NCBI GenBank assembly: GCA_024636785.1
Contig: JAGXGK010000003.1
Coordinates: 72,027 to 136,026 of the forward strand
Source of the DNA: Gammaproteobacteria bacterium
Lineage (GTDB): Bacteria > Pseudomonadota > Gammaproteobacteria > SZUA-229
Length of the DNA stretch: 64,000 bases
Direction of reading: 5' to 3'
Of the stretch, positions 9,248 through 17,820 are shown piece after piece. The notes beneath the pieces were generated by a model. That model was not told the DNA's origin and did no database searches. It worked only from the letters and a program-made list of their open reading frames with translations. Position 1 is the stretch's first letter. Each line of letters begins with the position of its first letter. The translations under genes were made by a program, and so were the position numbers.

Positions 9248-10423
9248 TTAGAAAATCATCTGCAAGCCAAGTGTTGCCTGATCATAATCCTGCAGTGCCG
9301 CATTAGTCGGATGCTGATCATTGAACTCAATCGATGCAAACTCAGCGGTCACCTTCAGCTGCTGGCCATTGATGTAGTAATTGGCCCCTACCGAATTCGA
9401 GGTCAGGTCCGAAAGGCCGGTGTTAACGCCGTAATCGATCTCTTCTGATCTGGCAAATATCTGCAAACGACCGATACCCACCGGATTCGGCAACAGATAG
9501 CCCGCTTTCACATAAGCGCCTTCACGTTCAGCCCACGGCGACAAAGTCGGATCGGGACTAACCGGGTAGCCATCCAGGCTGTAATCAAAATAGGCGGCTG
9601 AAGCCGTGACGGTGCCGAACGCATAGGGATATTCAAAGAAGATATCGTAGGTTGTCGCCTTGTAATCTTTGACATCGGTTTTAGTCGCAAAATTGCCGTA
9701 AGCAACATCGGCCTGCGAGTCAACGGAGACACCCAGAGTCAGTACCTTCTGCGTACCCAGATAGGTGCCGCGATAACCGTAGGAATATTCAGGATCAAGC
9801 AGACTGACATGGGCGCGTGCGGTCACTCGTGGTGAAGATTTCACAACATTTTCACCCTCGCGTCCATCACTGACTGAAAGGCGGTACTGGAACATGGCAT
9901 CGTTCAGATTGCCCCACATGGTCACGCCGGTATCGCGGGTTCCGCCGTAGGGTGTATAGGGCAGATTCTCACCCCGATCCAGGGTCAGTGGCTCCAGACA
10001 CGCTTCCAGGTTTTCACGACTGAAGGTGTTTTTGTAACGCCCGATAATGAATCTGAAGGCATCACTGGAATCGATGGTTAAATAGGCATCGCGATAGTAA
10101 ACGGCGCGATTATCCTGTCCGCCCTTGCTATCATTACCCGCCTCGAGCTGGGCATAGAAACCAATATAGTCATTATACTGACCAAGAAAAGTTATACGGT
10201 TGCGACGTAAGAAGCTGTCATAGACATCACCGTCATCATTGGCCGAGGTATAGCCCCGCTTCTGCGTCCAGAATTGAGCCGCGTAAGTGATCTCCATATA
10301 GCCTTCATCACCCACCTGAAAACTGGGCCCGGCCAACACCGTCTGCTGTGCGCCGAAACCGGTGAGCGCTAATGCTACCGCAGCGCATAATGAACGTTTG
10401 TAATACTGACGATTATTTTTCAT
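9248..10423 (-). CDS. Outer-membrane porin-like beta-barrel (candidate ExtI-like partner of the adjacent cytochromes)
   Basis: Signal peptide ...TVLA-GP, amphipathic strands rich in Tyr/Gly throughout, terminal LGLQMIF. It starts 15 nt after the triheme gene ends. Confidence 0.7.
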   Translation of the reverse strand: MKNNRQYYKRSLCAAVALALTGFGAQQTVLAGPSFQVGDEGYMEITYAAQFWTQKRGYTSANDDGDVYDSFLRRNRITFLGQYNDYIGFYAQLEAGNDSKGGQDNRAVYYRDAYLTIDSSDAFRFIIGRYKNTFSRENLEACLEPLTLDRGENLPYTPYGGTRDTGVTMWGNLNDAMFQYRLSVSDGREGENVVKSSPRVTARAHVSLLDPEYSYGYRGTYLGTQKVLTLGVSVDSQADVAYGNFATKTDVKDYKATTYDIFFEYPYAFGTVTASAAYFDYSLDGYPVSPDPTLSPWAEREGAYVKAGYLLPNPVGIGRLQIFARSEEIDYGVNTGLSDLTSNSVGANYYINGQQLKVTAEFASIEFNDQHPTNAALQDYDQATLGLQMIF

Positions 10424-10437
10424 TGTTATCCCCTTTA

Positions 10438-10926
10438 TTAATCTTTCTGATATTTGTCGAGCAGTGTTTTCATGTCACCGTCGCTGTGGCAATCAGCACA
10501 GCTTTTCTGCGGCTCGGTTCTCGGATCGCCGATTAGATCTTTATGCGCCATTTTTTGAAGCATCAGCCGTTCGTTACCCTGATGGCAACCCACGCAGGAG
10601 TGATTTACTTTGTTATGCTGCTCATGCCAGTCTTTCGTCGATGGCGCTGCCGCGCGTTTGTCATTATGGCACTTATAACAGGATGACAAACCGAGTCCGC
10701 AGGCGTTGGCCACGGAGATCGGAGAAGCCGTCACAATGCCCTCATGCACACCGGCCAGAACATCACTGCCCCAGCTACCATCCTCAGCCACCGGCATGCC
10801 GTTATCGGCGACATAGCCCGCATAACCCGACCATACGATCGCCACCATGGGTATGACTAAAAGTGGCAAGCCGACTTTGCGCAGCCATTTTGCCCAACCC
10901 GTTGCATTATTTTTTATCTGTTTCAT
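10438..10926 (-). CDS. Triheme c-type cytochrome with an N-terminal membrane anchor
   Basis: Three CxxCH motifs (CYKCH, CVGCH, CADCH) and a hydrophobic N-terminal segment. Confidence 0.85.
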   Translation of the reverse strand: MKQIKNNATGWAKWLRKVGLPLLVIPMVAIVWSGYAGYVADNGMPVAEDGSWGSDVLAGVHEGIVTASPISVANACGLGLSSCYKCHNDKRAAAPSTKDWHEQHNKVNHSCVGCHQGNERLMLQKMAHKDLIGDPRTEPQKSCADCHSDGDMKTLLDKYQKD

Positions 10927-11189
10927 TCTTCCTCCGAGTCTCTGTTACGAGATGATTCTAATAATTGTGTATCTTGAGCAGCACCGTTCTCATTTGTGCC
11001 CTGCTCTAATTTTTTACTCGCCTGTATATCCTTTTCACTCAGCCCTCTGGCGCACATACAAACCGGCCCGCTCTTAAACTTTAACCTGGGCGATGAATTA
11101 TCCCTGCCCTTTTCATTTGCATAGAGGGGGCTGGTCATCAACAACATGCCCAATATGATCAAAATTTTCATAAACCCCCTCTCAGCCAA
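10923..11189 (-). CDS. Small secreted hypothetical protein (same position as ExtJ)
   Basis: MKILIILGMLLMTSPLYA signal peptide. Its stop overlaps the triheme start (ATGA, 10923-10926). The real start is probably ATG 11171. Confidence 0.55.
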   Translation of the reverse strand: MAERGFMKILIILGMLLMTSPLYANEKGRDNSSPRLKFKSGPVCMCARGLSEKDIQASKKLEQGTNENGAAQDTQLLESSRNRDSEEE

Positions 11190-11313
11190 TTAGCCCCTGA
11201 CTAAAGATAATGCATATCTTATGCCAACCTGTATATATCAATACTTTCATATAGTTAGGTTAATTAGTGATTTACCTCTGCATTGCACGGGTTGCCATTG
11301 GCAGCATATGATC

Positions 11314-12528
11314 TCAATTTGCAACGCCCGGCAATGCCCGCTCAGCAGCGATGAATTCATACTCGGTTGCGCGCGTCTCCGCAATGGCCTGCTGTAACAG
11401 ATCGAGTACCACCGGCTTCAGGCTCCTGCGGTTACTGGCCAGATAGGACTCGAAAGTGAGCCGATACTGCTGACGCGGCGCGACCTGAATACGCAGGCGG
11501 ATGCTCCCCGGTTGAACCATCCCATCATGGCGGCCGCTGAGCGTGCGCGTCCGGCCTGCGGCCAGTCGGGTATCAAAAAGCTCTTCGGTCAGCGCGAGAT
11601 TAGCCTTCCAGGCGATCACGTCCCGCGCCAGCCCGGTGACCTCGCCCGCTGCATTGACATATTCAAGATGCAGCACCACTTCCGGCACCATGTAGGTGGG
11701 GAAATCATGGCCGGCGCCGGTGTTGGTGACCGCTGCCGTGGCACCGACAATATTACCCTCCTCCTGCAACCAGGTGATCTCCACCGTCAGCGCCGAGGCG
11801 GTCATGGCCGGGTCATGAATTCCCCGCCACTGGTGCTTGCGTTCAGGCATGTGACAGCTCTGGCAGTGCCTGCCTTCATCGGCAAAGCGCGTGGCGCGCC
11901 ACTGGCTATAGGTATCCTCGCGCAACTTGCCGTTCAGCCTCGGCCCGTCTTCGGCAAACTGGTGACAGTTGGCGCAGAAGCGGCTGTCGGCAAAAGCATC
12001 GTGCTCGACAAAACCGCCATGCGCGCTTTCCGTCACCGGCACACGTGCTTTTGGCCCGAAACGGGTATGGGCGCGAACGTGACAGGCGGCGCAGACCAGC
12101 CCCTGCTGGTGCAGATCCGGTGGAATATATTCCGGCGGCGGCATAGTCAATTTAGACCAGCCGCGTTGCTGCGAGAGCAAGGCCAGCTGCTCGGTCATGG
12201 GGGCGTGACAGCGCAGACAGGATTGGGCCGTTTTCGGATCGGCAATTTGCAACTGCCAGAGTATGCCCGGCCCCATGGTGTGACTGTGCAAACTGCCGCG
12301 CCACTGCTGAAACTGTTCAGCATGGCAGCTGCCACAATCCGCCGGCGCCACCGAAGCCTCCAGCGCGGAAAACTCAGCAGGCGGCTGACCCTGCGCGGGA
12401 ATCGGGTAGGCCCAGTGCTGCTCGAGAAAATCATCCACCGCAACCGGCGCCTGCTCAGCCATAAACCACCAGCCCCCCGCGAGCACCGCCAGCAGCAGCG
12501 CGATAAATCCGACCCCTTTCAGCATCAC
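11314..12528 (-). CDS. Pentaheme c-type cytochrome (periplasmic)
   Basis: Five CxxCH motifs (CGSCH, CLRCH, CAACH, CANCH, CQSCH) and an N-terminal signal/anchor. Confidence 0.85.
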   Translation of the reverse strand: MMLKGVGFIALLLAVLAGGWWFMAEQAPVAVDDFLEQHWAYPIPAQGQPPAEFSALEASVAPADCGSCHAEQFQQWRGSLHSHTMGPGILWQLQIADPKTAQSCLRCHAPMTEQLALLSQQRGWSKLTMPPPEYIPPDLHQQGLVCAACHVRAHTRFGPKARVPVTESAHGGFVEHDAFADSRFCANCHQFAEDGPRLNGKLREDTYSQWRATRFADEGRHCQSCHMPERKHQWRGIHDPAMTASALTVEITWLQEEGNIVGATAAVTNTGAGHDFPTYMVPEVVLHLEYVNAAGEVTGLARDVIAWKANLALTEELFDTRLAAGRTRTLSGRHDGMVQPGSIRLRIQVAPRQQYRLTFESYLASNRRSLKPVVLDLLQQAIAETRATEYEFIAAERALPGVAN

Positions 12529-12618
12529 CTTGCGTTACTCCCGTTGCATCGCACCCGCTAAACAACATCGCCTTCAGCCAGTGCAAAAAAATTCGATGAA
12601 AAGCTTATCATTTTACAG

Positions 12619-12650
12619 AAAAAAAAAGGCAGCCACCGAAGGGACTGCCC
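12619..12650 (-). terminator. Hairpin followed by a T9 run after the rhodanese lipoprotein gene (possible attenuating terminator)
   Basis: The ggcag...ctgcc stem has an A9 run on the plus strand, which reads as T9 on the minus strand just 3' of the stem. Confidence 0.5.
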
Positions 12651-12673
12651 GTTGTAGCCGTTATCAGGCTGTA

Positions 12674-14131
12674 TTAACCACCGCAGGGGTTGGCAGGTAA
12701 ACCACCGCCGGTTGTAGTACCGCCGGTTGATGTTGTACCTGTATCAACAACAATACCTTTATAGGCCAGATCTTCAACAATGATATTCTGAGCTGAACCT
12801 GCATAGGCATCAACAATAACACCGGAAGTAGTCGGTGGATCTACTGCTACGCTTTTCAGGAAGTAGTGACTGCGATCCACCGTATCTGTACGCCATGGGG
12901 AATTGACTGGCATCAGCAACTCACCATTACTGTCTTCTATCGCAGACAGTGAATGCCACTCGGTCATCGCACCATCATAGAAGCGGGTGGGCAGACCCAG
13001 AATCGCGGTTGAGGCAAAACCTGTCACCATGGCACGGTAGGTGGTTTCACAATAGGTATAAATAGTGTCACCGGACTGATAGGCGCTGCCATTACCCACT
13101 GGCTGCAGAGTAATATCAAGGAAGCCGTTGCCACCAACGTCTGTATCACCATCCACATAGGCCTGAAGTTCAGCCTTGGTTTTGTAGCTATAACCGTTCG
13201 CGGTATCAAGCAGGTTGCTAAAGTTCAGATCCAGCGCACCATTGGGATGTCCCTGAACAGGGCCAGTCTGAAAGTCACTATCGCCAGTCGGATAGTACTG
13301 ATTGCTACCGCGGGCATCCCAGATGAATACACCATCGTCCAGTATATTTATATCGGTTGTCGGAACGATATTCACCATGTCTTCCAGCGTGGCCTGCAGG
13401 GCAAAATTGATCGCCGGCAGATCTTTCACCGAGGCAGTTCCGGTTTCAGGCGCTATATCGGCAGTCGCTGACATAGAGAGCGAGTTAGGAACCCCTGCAT
13501 TCCACTCATTGCCTCCGTTCAGCACCGCAACCTGGCCTTTAAGCATGCCCCAGTAACGCAAGGTATACCAGCAACGGCCTGCTTGCATCGCCGCAAAATT
13601 GCCCGCTTTACCCTGTGCACAGACCACCATATCCTTGCTCGGATCGATATTGTATTTGGACAGGAAGGCGTCCATCATCTCACCGCTAGGTACCATGCTC
13701 TTGGTCTGCACCACGCCATTCGAGCGAAGCTCATTCACCATAGGCGCATCATAGGTAAATACACCTTGACTCGGATTAGAGGCTATATATTCATAAGTAG
13801 CAATATCACTACCCGCCTGCAGAATAATCAGTTTGCTATCGGGATCCAGACCGACCGGGCGGCTGGGTGTAACAGGATCGGACCAGTTTGTTACCCAGGT
13901 TTCCAGCGTGGCACCGGTAATCAGGCCATAGATGTTATCGTCATAGTTAGCGGCGGATGTTGTCGTCAATGACGCCGGGCTCGCCATCTCCGGCAAGGTT
14001 ACTGTCGATGAGGTATTCAACCCTATGCTGTCTTCTGTACCCGAACAACCGGCCAGAACTATCGTTGTGGCAGCTACAAGACCGACAAGGCCTCTTCTGC
14101 CGCGTTGCACTCTTATCATTTTATTCATCAC
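12674..14131 (-). CDS. Tandem rhodanese-like lipoprotein (ExtH-like) with a Thr/Gly-rich C-terminal tail ending PCGG
   Basis: Lipobox VLAGC. Two rhodanese-type active-site loops (VVCAQGKAGN, YTYCETTYRA). C-terminus ...TGTTSTGGTTTGGGLPANPCGG. Confidence 0.7.
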   Translation of the reverse strand: MMNKMIRVQRGRRGLVGLVAATTIVLAGCSGTEDSIGLNTSSTVTLPEMASPASLTTTSAANYDDNIYGLITGATLETWVTNWSDPVTPSRPVGLDPDSKLIILQAGSDIATYEYIASNPSQGVFTYDAPMVNELRSNGVVQTKSMVPSGEMMDAFLSKYNIDPSKDMVVCAQGKAGNFAAMQAGRCWYTLRYWGMLKGQVAVLNGGNEWNAGVPNSLSMSATADIAPETGTASVKDLPAINFALQATLEDMVNIVPTTDINILDDGVFIWDARGSNQYYPTGDSDFQTGPVQGHPNGALDLNFSNLLDTANGYSYKTKAELQAYVDGDTDVGGNGFLDITLQPVGNGSAYQSGDTIYTYCETTYRAMVTGFASTAILGLPTRFYDGAMTEWHSLSAIEDSNGELLMPVNSPWRTDTVDRSHYFLKSVAVDPPTTSGVIVDAYAGSAQNIIVEDLAYKGIVVDTGTTSTGGTTTGGGLPANPCGG

Positions 14132-14238
14132 TATCCTCCTACGGATCGTTTAGCCTTGAAATTCGGCACTTCTTTTACTACCTACCCTATTAGACCTTTT
14201 ACACTTGAACCGGAACTCATTATGAATCCGGTTATGCA

Positions 14239-14424
14239 TCAGGCTGATTTAATTACTATTGGAATCTCGTTATCATTCAAGTTATCCAACACTGCTGCTG
14301 CACCTGTTTCGACTGCGGTTTTTTCACATTTTCTGCCGAGTTCCTGCAGGCCTTTTTCAATCATCGACTGGAGCTGTGCATCACCCTCTCCCACGATGAA
14401 TAATCGAACGTTTTTTTCACTCAT
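14239..14424 (-). CDS. Small hypothetical protein (61 aa), third member of the mini DsrE/F/H-like set
   Basis: ATGA overlap with the upstream ORF (14421-14424). The size and position suggest a DsrH/TusB-like role, but the sequence alone is not diagnostic. Confidence 0.45.
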   Translation of the reverse strand: MSEKNVRLFIVGEGDAQLQSMIEKGLQELGRKCEKTAVETGAAAVLDNLNDNEIPIVIKSA

Positions 14425-14681
14425 ACCACGTACACCACGTCTGCGTTGACAATCATTTCCGCCAGCACCACCGGCGCGTTTTCATCGATATCGACCACCG
14501 GTACGTCGGCGAAATCGAGCGATTCGAGCTGCAATTCCACCTCGGCATCAGCACGATCAAGCTCGCCGACTACGGCGACCTGAATAACATCATCGAGCAG
14601 GGTCAAACCGGTGGCCATGCGCAGGGCTTCGGCTTTTTTGTGGCGTGCAATCATCAGCACATTTTTAATTTCATCACTCAT
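14421..14681 (-). CDS. Small DsrE/DsrF-fold-like hypothetical protein (86 aa, no cysteine)
   Basis: VLMIARHKKAEALRMATGLTLLDD is reminiscent of the DsrF/TusC N-terminal strand-helix. It is translationally coupled to its neighbours. Confidence 0.5.
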   Translation of the reverse strand: MSDEIKNVLMIARHKKAEALRMATGLTLLDDVIQVAVVGELDRADAEVELQLESLDFADVPVVDIDENAPVVLAEMIVNADVVYVV

Positions 14682-14690
14682 CGGTTACCC

Positions 14691-15005
14691 CTAAAAAACC
14701 AGCACTTTATCGCAATGACGAACCAGTTCAGCGTTCTGATACTGGCCACCCACAATCAGTACGTCTTCAAGCGCTTTCAGATCAACCTCAGGGCAGATTC
14801 GCTCGACTGAATGTTCACATACCGACAGGTGTACCCGCTGCTGGTCGGCGACGTTGATAAATTGCTCGTTCCGGATCAGGTTGACGCCGTTATCGGTGAG
14901 GAAACAACGAACATTCCAGTCTCTCGCCAGCGCTGCTTGCATGAGATCAGTCACATGCTGCGAGTGTTTTTCATCGGTGACTACCAGGCCAAAGTTCATA
15001 CTCAC
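14691..15005 (-). CDS. DsrE/DsrF-like family protein (104 aa)
   Basis: FGLVVTDEKHSQHVTDLMQAALA...VHLSVCEHS...VLVF resembles the DsrE/TusD fold, with a candidate active Cys. It overlaps the tusA-like stop by 4 nt. Confidence 0.6.
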   Translation of the reverse strand: MSMNFGLVVTDEKHSQHVTDLMQAALARDWNVRCFLTDNGVNLIRNEQFINVADQQRVHLSVCEHSVERICPEVDLKALEDVLIVGGQYQNAELVRHCDKVLVF

Positions 15006-15253
15006 CCCTTGCGGATTTTCCAGGTAGAAGAGCCGTCACTATCCTGACGATCAAACACTTCGTTGCCTTCGCTTTCGCACATCGACAGGATCGATTCACC
15101 CGATGAGGGGTTGTCGAACATCAGGGTCAGTTCATCGCCTTCGGAAAGTTTTTGCAGCGCTTTTTTGGTGTACATCTGGGGATGCGGACAGACGTAGCCG
15201 GAAACATCGAGCTGATAATGTCCGTCACTGATTTTGTCAAATTTGATTGCCAT
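15002..15253 (-). CDS. TusA/YeeD/YedF-family sulfurtransferase
   Basis: The CPxP motif (YVCPHPQMYTKKAL), its length, and its position directly downstream of yeeE. Start taken at MAIKFDK. Confidence 0.8.
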   Translation of the reverse strand: MAIKFDKISDGHYQLDVSGYVCPHPQMYTKKALQKLSEGDELTLMFDNPSSGESILSMCESEGNEVFDRQDSDGSSTWKIRKG

Positions 15254-15318
15254 ACACTTAATACCTCTATTCATTAATTACAAATTGTCTGTAATGCGCT
15301 GCACCTGGCAGGCATTGT

Positions 15319-16764
15319 TTAAATATTGAATTCGTCATCCTCGGTTCGCCATTCAATCCACATGTTGAATGCCTTCACACCCAGCAGACCACCCAGGGTC
15401 ATGCCCGCCAGGAATATCCAGCCGCTCAGGTCGCCGTTGGTGACGGCGGCGAAGAAGGCACCGACGTTACAGCCCATGCCGACGCGAGCGCCGATACCCA
15501 TGAGCGCGCCACCAACCAGGGCGAAGGTGGCGGTTTCAATGTTCGGGACTTTCCATTTGAATTCGCGACGCGTCAATGCCAGCACCGCAGCACCAAGAAT
15601 AATGCCGACTGACATCCACAGCGGTGCATTGACCAGCGGATTAGGCAGACCATTGATCAGGCCGAAGAAAATGTTGTCTCTGGTGTCTCTGCCCAGGCCT
15701 TCAAGTATCCAGCCACCGAGCTGTGCTTCCTGCGTGGTGATGTACCAGTAGCCGGGGTCGAAAACCGTCAGGTTCATCGACAGGCCATCGGTATGGCCCA
15801 TCTTTTCCAGAAGCGTACCAAAGTTGTCTATGTTGTAGTACTCACGCAAGGCACCGGTGACCCACATTTGCAGACCGGCGAACACACCCAGGCCGAGACC
15901 GGCGAGCGCGGTGTTTTTCGATGCCGTCATCATTGCCCAGAAGCCTCGCATTTCATCTTTCATGCCGGGTGAGGCGAGCTTGAGTCGGCGAACATAACCT
16001 TTGCGGTAGGTGGTGAGGTAAAGCACGATAAGCACGGCGATAGTCGGCAGAATGGCCCCCAGCAGTGCGTTACCGATAAATACATCAAACCAGACATTAC
16101 CAGTATCGAGCGACTGGGCGACGGTGCCGCCGGAAAGATCCCAGATGTAACCGGCATTGAACAGGTCGAACCAGCCATTGGTAGCTGAGAGCTCTTCCGG
16201 CATGCCTTTGTCTACGGCCGAAGCGACCCAGCTATCGGGCGCGAAGGCATTGGACCAGCTGCCCATATCGACAAACAGCGCCTGCGAAAATGAAATACTA
16301 ACTAGCACCAGCATCGAACTCATATTGCCTTCGCCGCTTTTATACAGCGAGCCGGAGGCGCAACCGCCGGCGAAGACCATACCAAAACCAAAGATCAGGC
16401 CGCCGAAAATAATATGCCAGCCCAGTGGATTGGCATGAAACGTACTATATCCGCCCACCGTCACCATCCCCGCGGTAATGGAAAACAGTGCCGTGGCGAT
16501 CATCACGCCCACCGCCATACGCGGCACCTTCACGGCAAACAGATCACGCACCGCCGAGGCCATGCAGAAACGTCCGTACTGCAACAGCACGCCGTAGGCG
16601 AGACCAAACCAGACATATACCAGCAGATAAATCCAGCGCGTGTCCATCGCCAGTACTACCACTGATAAAACCGCCACAGCAGCGATAATAAACATTGCTT
16701 TATAGCCACCTTCATGAGCAAACGTACTGGGGGTGCTCACTGCTTGCGTTGCATCTGTACTCAT
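15319..16764 (-). CDS. YeeE/YedE-family sulfur-compound (thiosulfate/selenium-associated) transporter, unusually long
   Basis: Duplicated half-motifs with conserved Cys (FAGGCASGSLYKSGEG; GMGCNVGAFF) and many TM segments. At 481 aa it is longer than the roughly 350 aa I recall as typical. Confidence 0.85.
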   Translation of the reverse strand: MSTDATQAVSTPSTFAHEGGYKAMFIIAAVAVLSVVVLAMDTRWIYLLVYVWFGLAYGVLLQYGRFCMASAVRDLFAVKVPRMAVGVMIATALFSITAGMVTVGGYSTFHANPLGWHIIFGGLIFGFGMVFAGGCASGSLYKSGEGNMSSMLVLVSISFSQALFVDMGSWSNAFAPDSWVASAVDKGMPEELSATNGWFDLFNAGYIWDLSGGTVAQSLDTGNVWFDVFIGNALLGAILPTIAVLIVLYLTTYRKGYVRRLKLASPGMKDEMRGFWAMMTASKNTALAGLGLGVFAGLQMWVTGALREYYNIDNFGTLLEKMGHTDGLSMNLTVFDPGYWYITTQEAQLGGWILEGLGRDTRDNIFFGLINGLPNPLVNAPLWMSVGIILGAAVLALTRREFKWKVPNIETATFALVGGALMGIGARVGMGCNVGAFFAAVTNGDLSGWIFLAGMTLGGLLGVKAFNMWIEWRTEDDEFNI

Positions 16765-16815
16765 ATTTTTCTCTTCTACTCTCTCGCTTCAATAAACGGT
16801 TTTAAAAACCGGCGG

Positions 16816-17202
16816 TTATTCTTCTCGACGCACATAAATGTGCCAGTTACCCTGCCTCTGTACCGTACCCAGATGCCTGCCTTCATAAATATCCATCATT
16901 GAAGGTATGGTTTCGACCACCGACAGATTGTCAGTAATCACCTCTATCACCACCCCCTTCGGATTGTCATTCAAAGCCTTTAGCGTCAGCAACTGAGGTC
17001 TCGGGCATCCTTCACCTTCACAGGCCACACGGCATCCCACCTCTATTATTCCGTGCCCCGGCAACTCGACCTGATCTGATACCTTCATACAGGCGCGATG
17101 CCGTTTTGCAGGAACCACATCCAGATTAAGGTGAAATAGATTTGATAAAAACATACGCATCTCTTTGAATCGTTGTTTTACATTATGCATCTTCCATGCC
17201 AT
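16816..17202 (-). CDS. TusA-family sulfurtransferase with an uncertain N-terminal extension
   Basis: GEGCPRPQLLTLKALNDNPKGVVIEVITDN... is the TusA CPxP core. The true start may be ATG 17088 (MKVSDQ). Confidence 0.65.
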   Translation of the reverse strand: MAWKMHNVKQRFKEMRMFLSNLFHLNLDVVPAKRHRACMKVSDQVELPGHGIIEVGCRVACEGEGCPRPQLLTLKALNDNPKGVVIEVITDNLSVVETIPSMMDIYEGRHLGTVQRQGNWHIYVRREE

Positions 17203-17355
17203 ATCATAAATTTATATAAATAACAGGGAGATAGTGTTTTTGTGTGCACAAATCACTAAAAAAAAATGCAAGACAATCCACGCCTGAAGCCCCCATATCG
17301 GAAAATGCAATAGAGGCCGGAGACCAACCCGGCGGACTAAATCCCGACAGGTGAA

Positions 17356-17385
17356 GTAGGGTGGGCACCGTTTTTGTGCCCACGC
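17356..17385. repeat. REP-type hairpin (gtagg-GTGGGCAC-n7-GTGCCCAC)
   Basis: 8-bp perfect stem. A solo GTGGGCAC half-site recurs at about 17492, and another hairpin (gatgtta..taacatc) lies at about 17464-17488. Confidence 0.8.
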
Positions 17386-17820
17386 GTAACCTTCAATCAC
17401 ACGACAATGCCAAATTCGCACAACAACCGTATGTGTAGCAGTTGATTGCCGTTATGTGATCACGATGTTAATGGGGTCGTCTAACATCACACGTGGGCAC
17501 AAGGGGTTGATGACGATTAATCGGGTTATTATTTGGGGACTATGCAGTTTTGTAGGGGGCAGGAATTTTCAAGGAATGGCAGGCGGGCAAGGAAGCTACA
17601 TCCTGGCCATACCTGTTTGGAAAGAGTGATAGGCAGCATCTCACCGTAGCTGAATTTTTTTCGCGCCTGAAAACTGCCGAATAGCAGCGCGAAATATGTT
17701 TGCGGTCAATCAGCAATTAACTGCCGACACATCTAATCGGAGAGCTAAACGTAGGCACTTTAAACTGCCAACAAACTACGATGGCCTGTAAATATGCCAA
17801 AAATGCTGCTCATAATACAT

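Noticed and set aside
11270-11300. A TGGCAACCCGTGCAA sigma54-like motif on the minus strand, between the pentaheme and small-protein genes.
   Set aside because: The GG-to-GC distance is 10 (or 15 to the next GC), not 12, so it does not fit the -24/-12 geometry.
11512-12561. 349-aa plus-strand ORF opposite the pentaheme cytochrome gene.
   Set aside because: It is antisense to a gene with five intact CxxCH motifs. The Arg/Gly/Pro-rich translation has no recognisable domain, so it is a shadow ORF.
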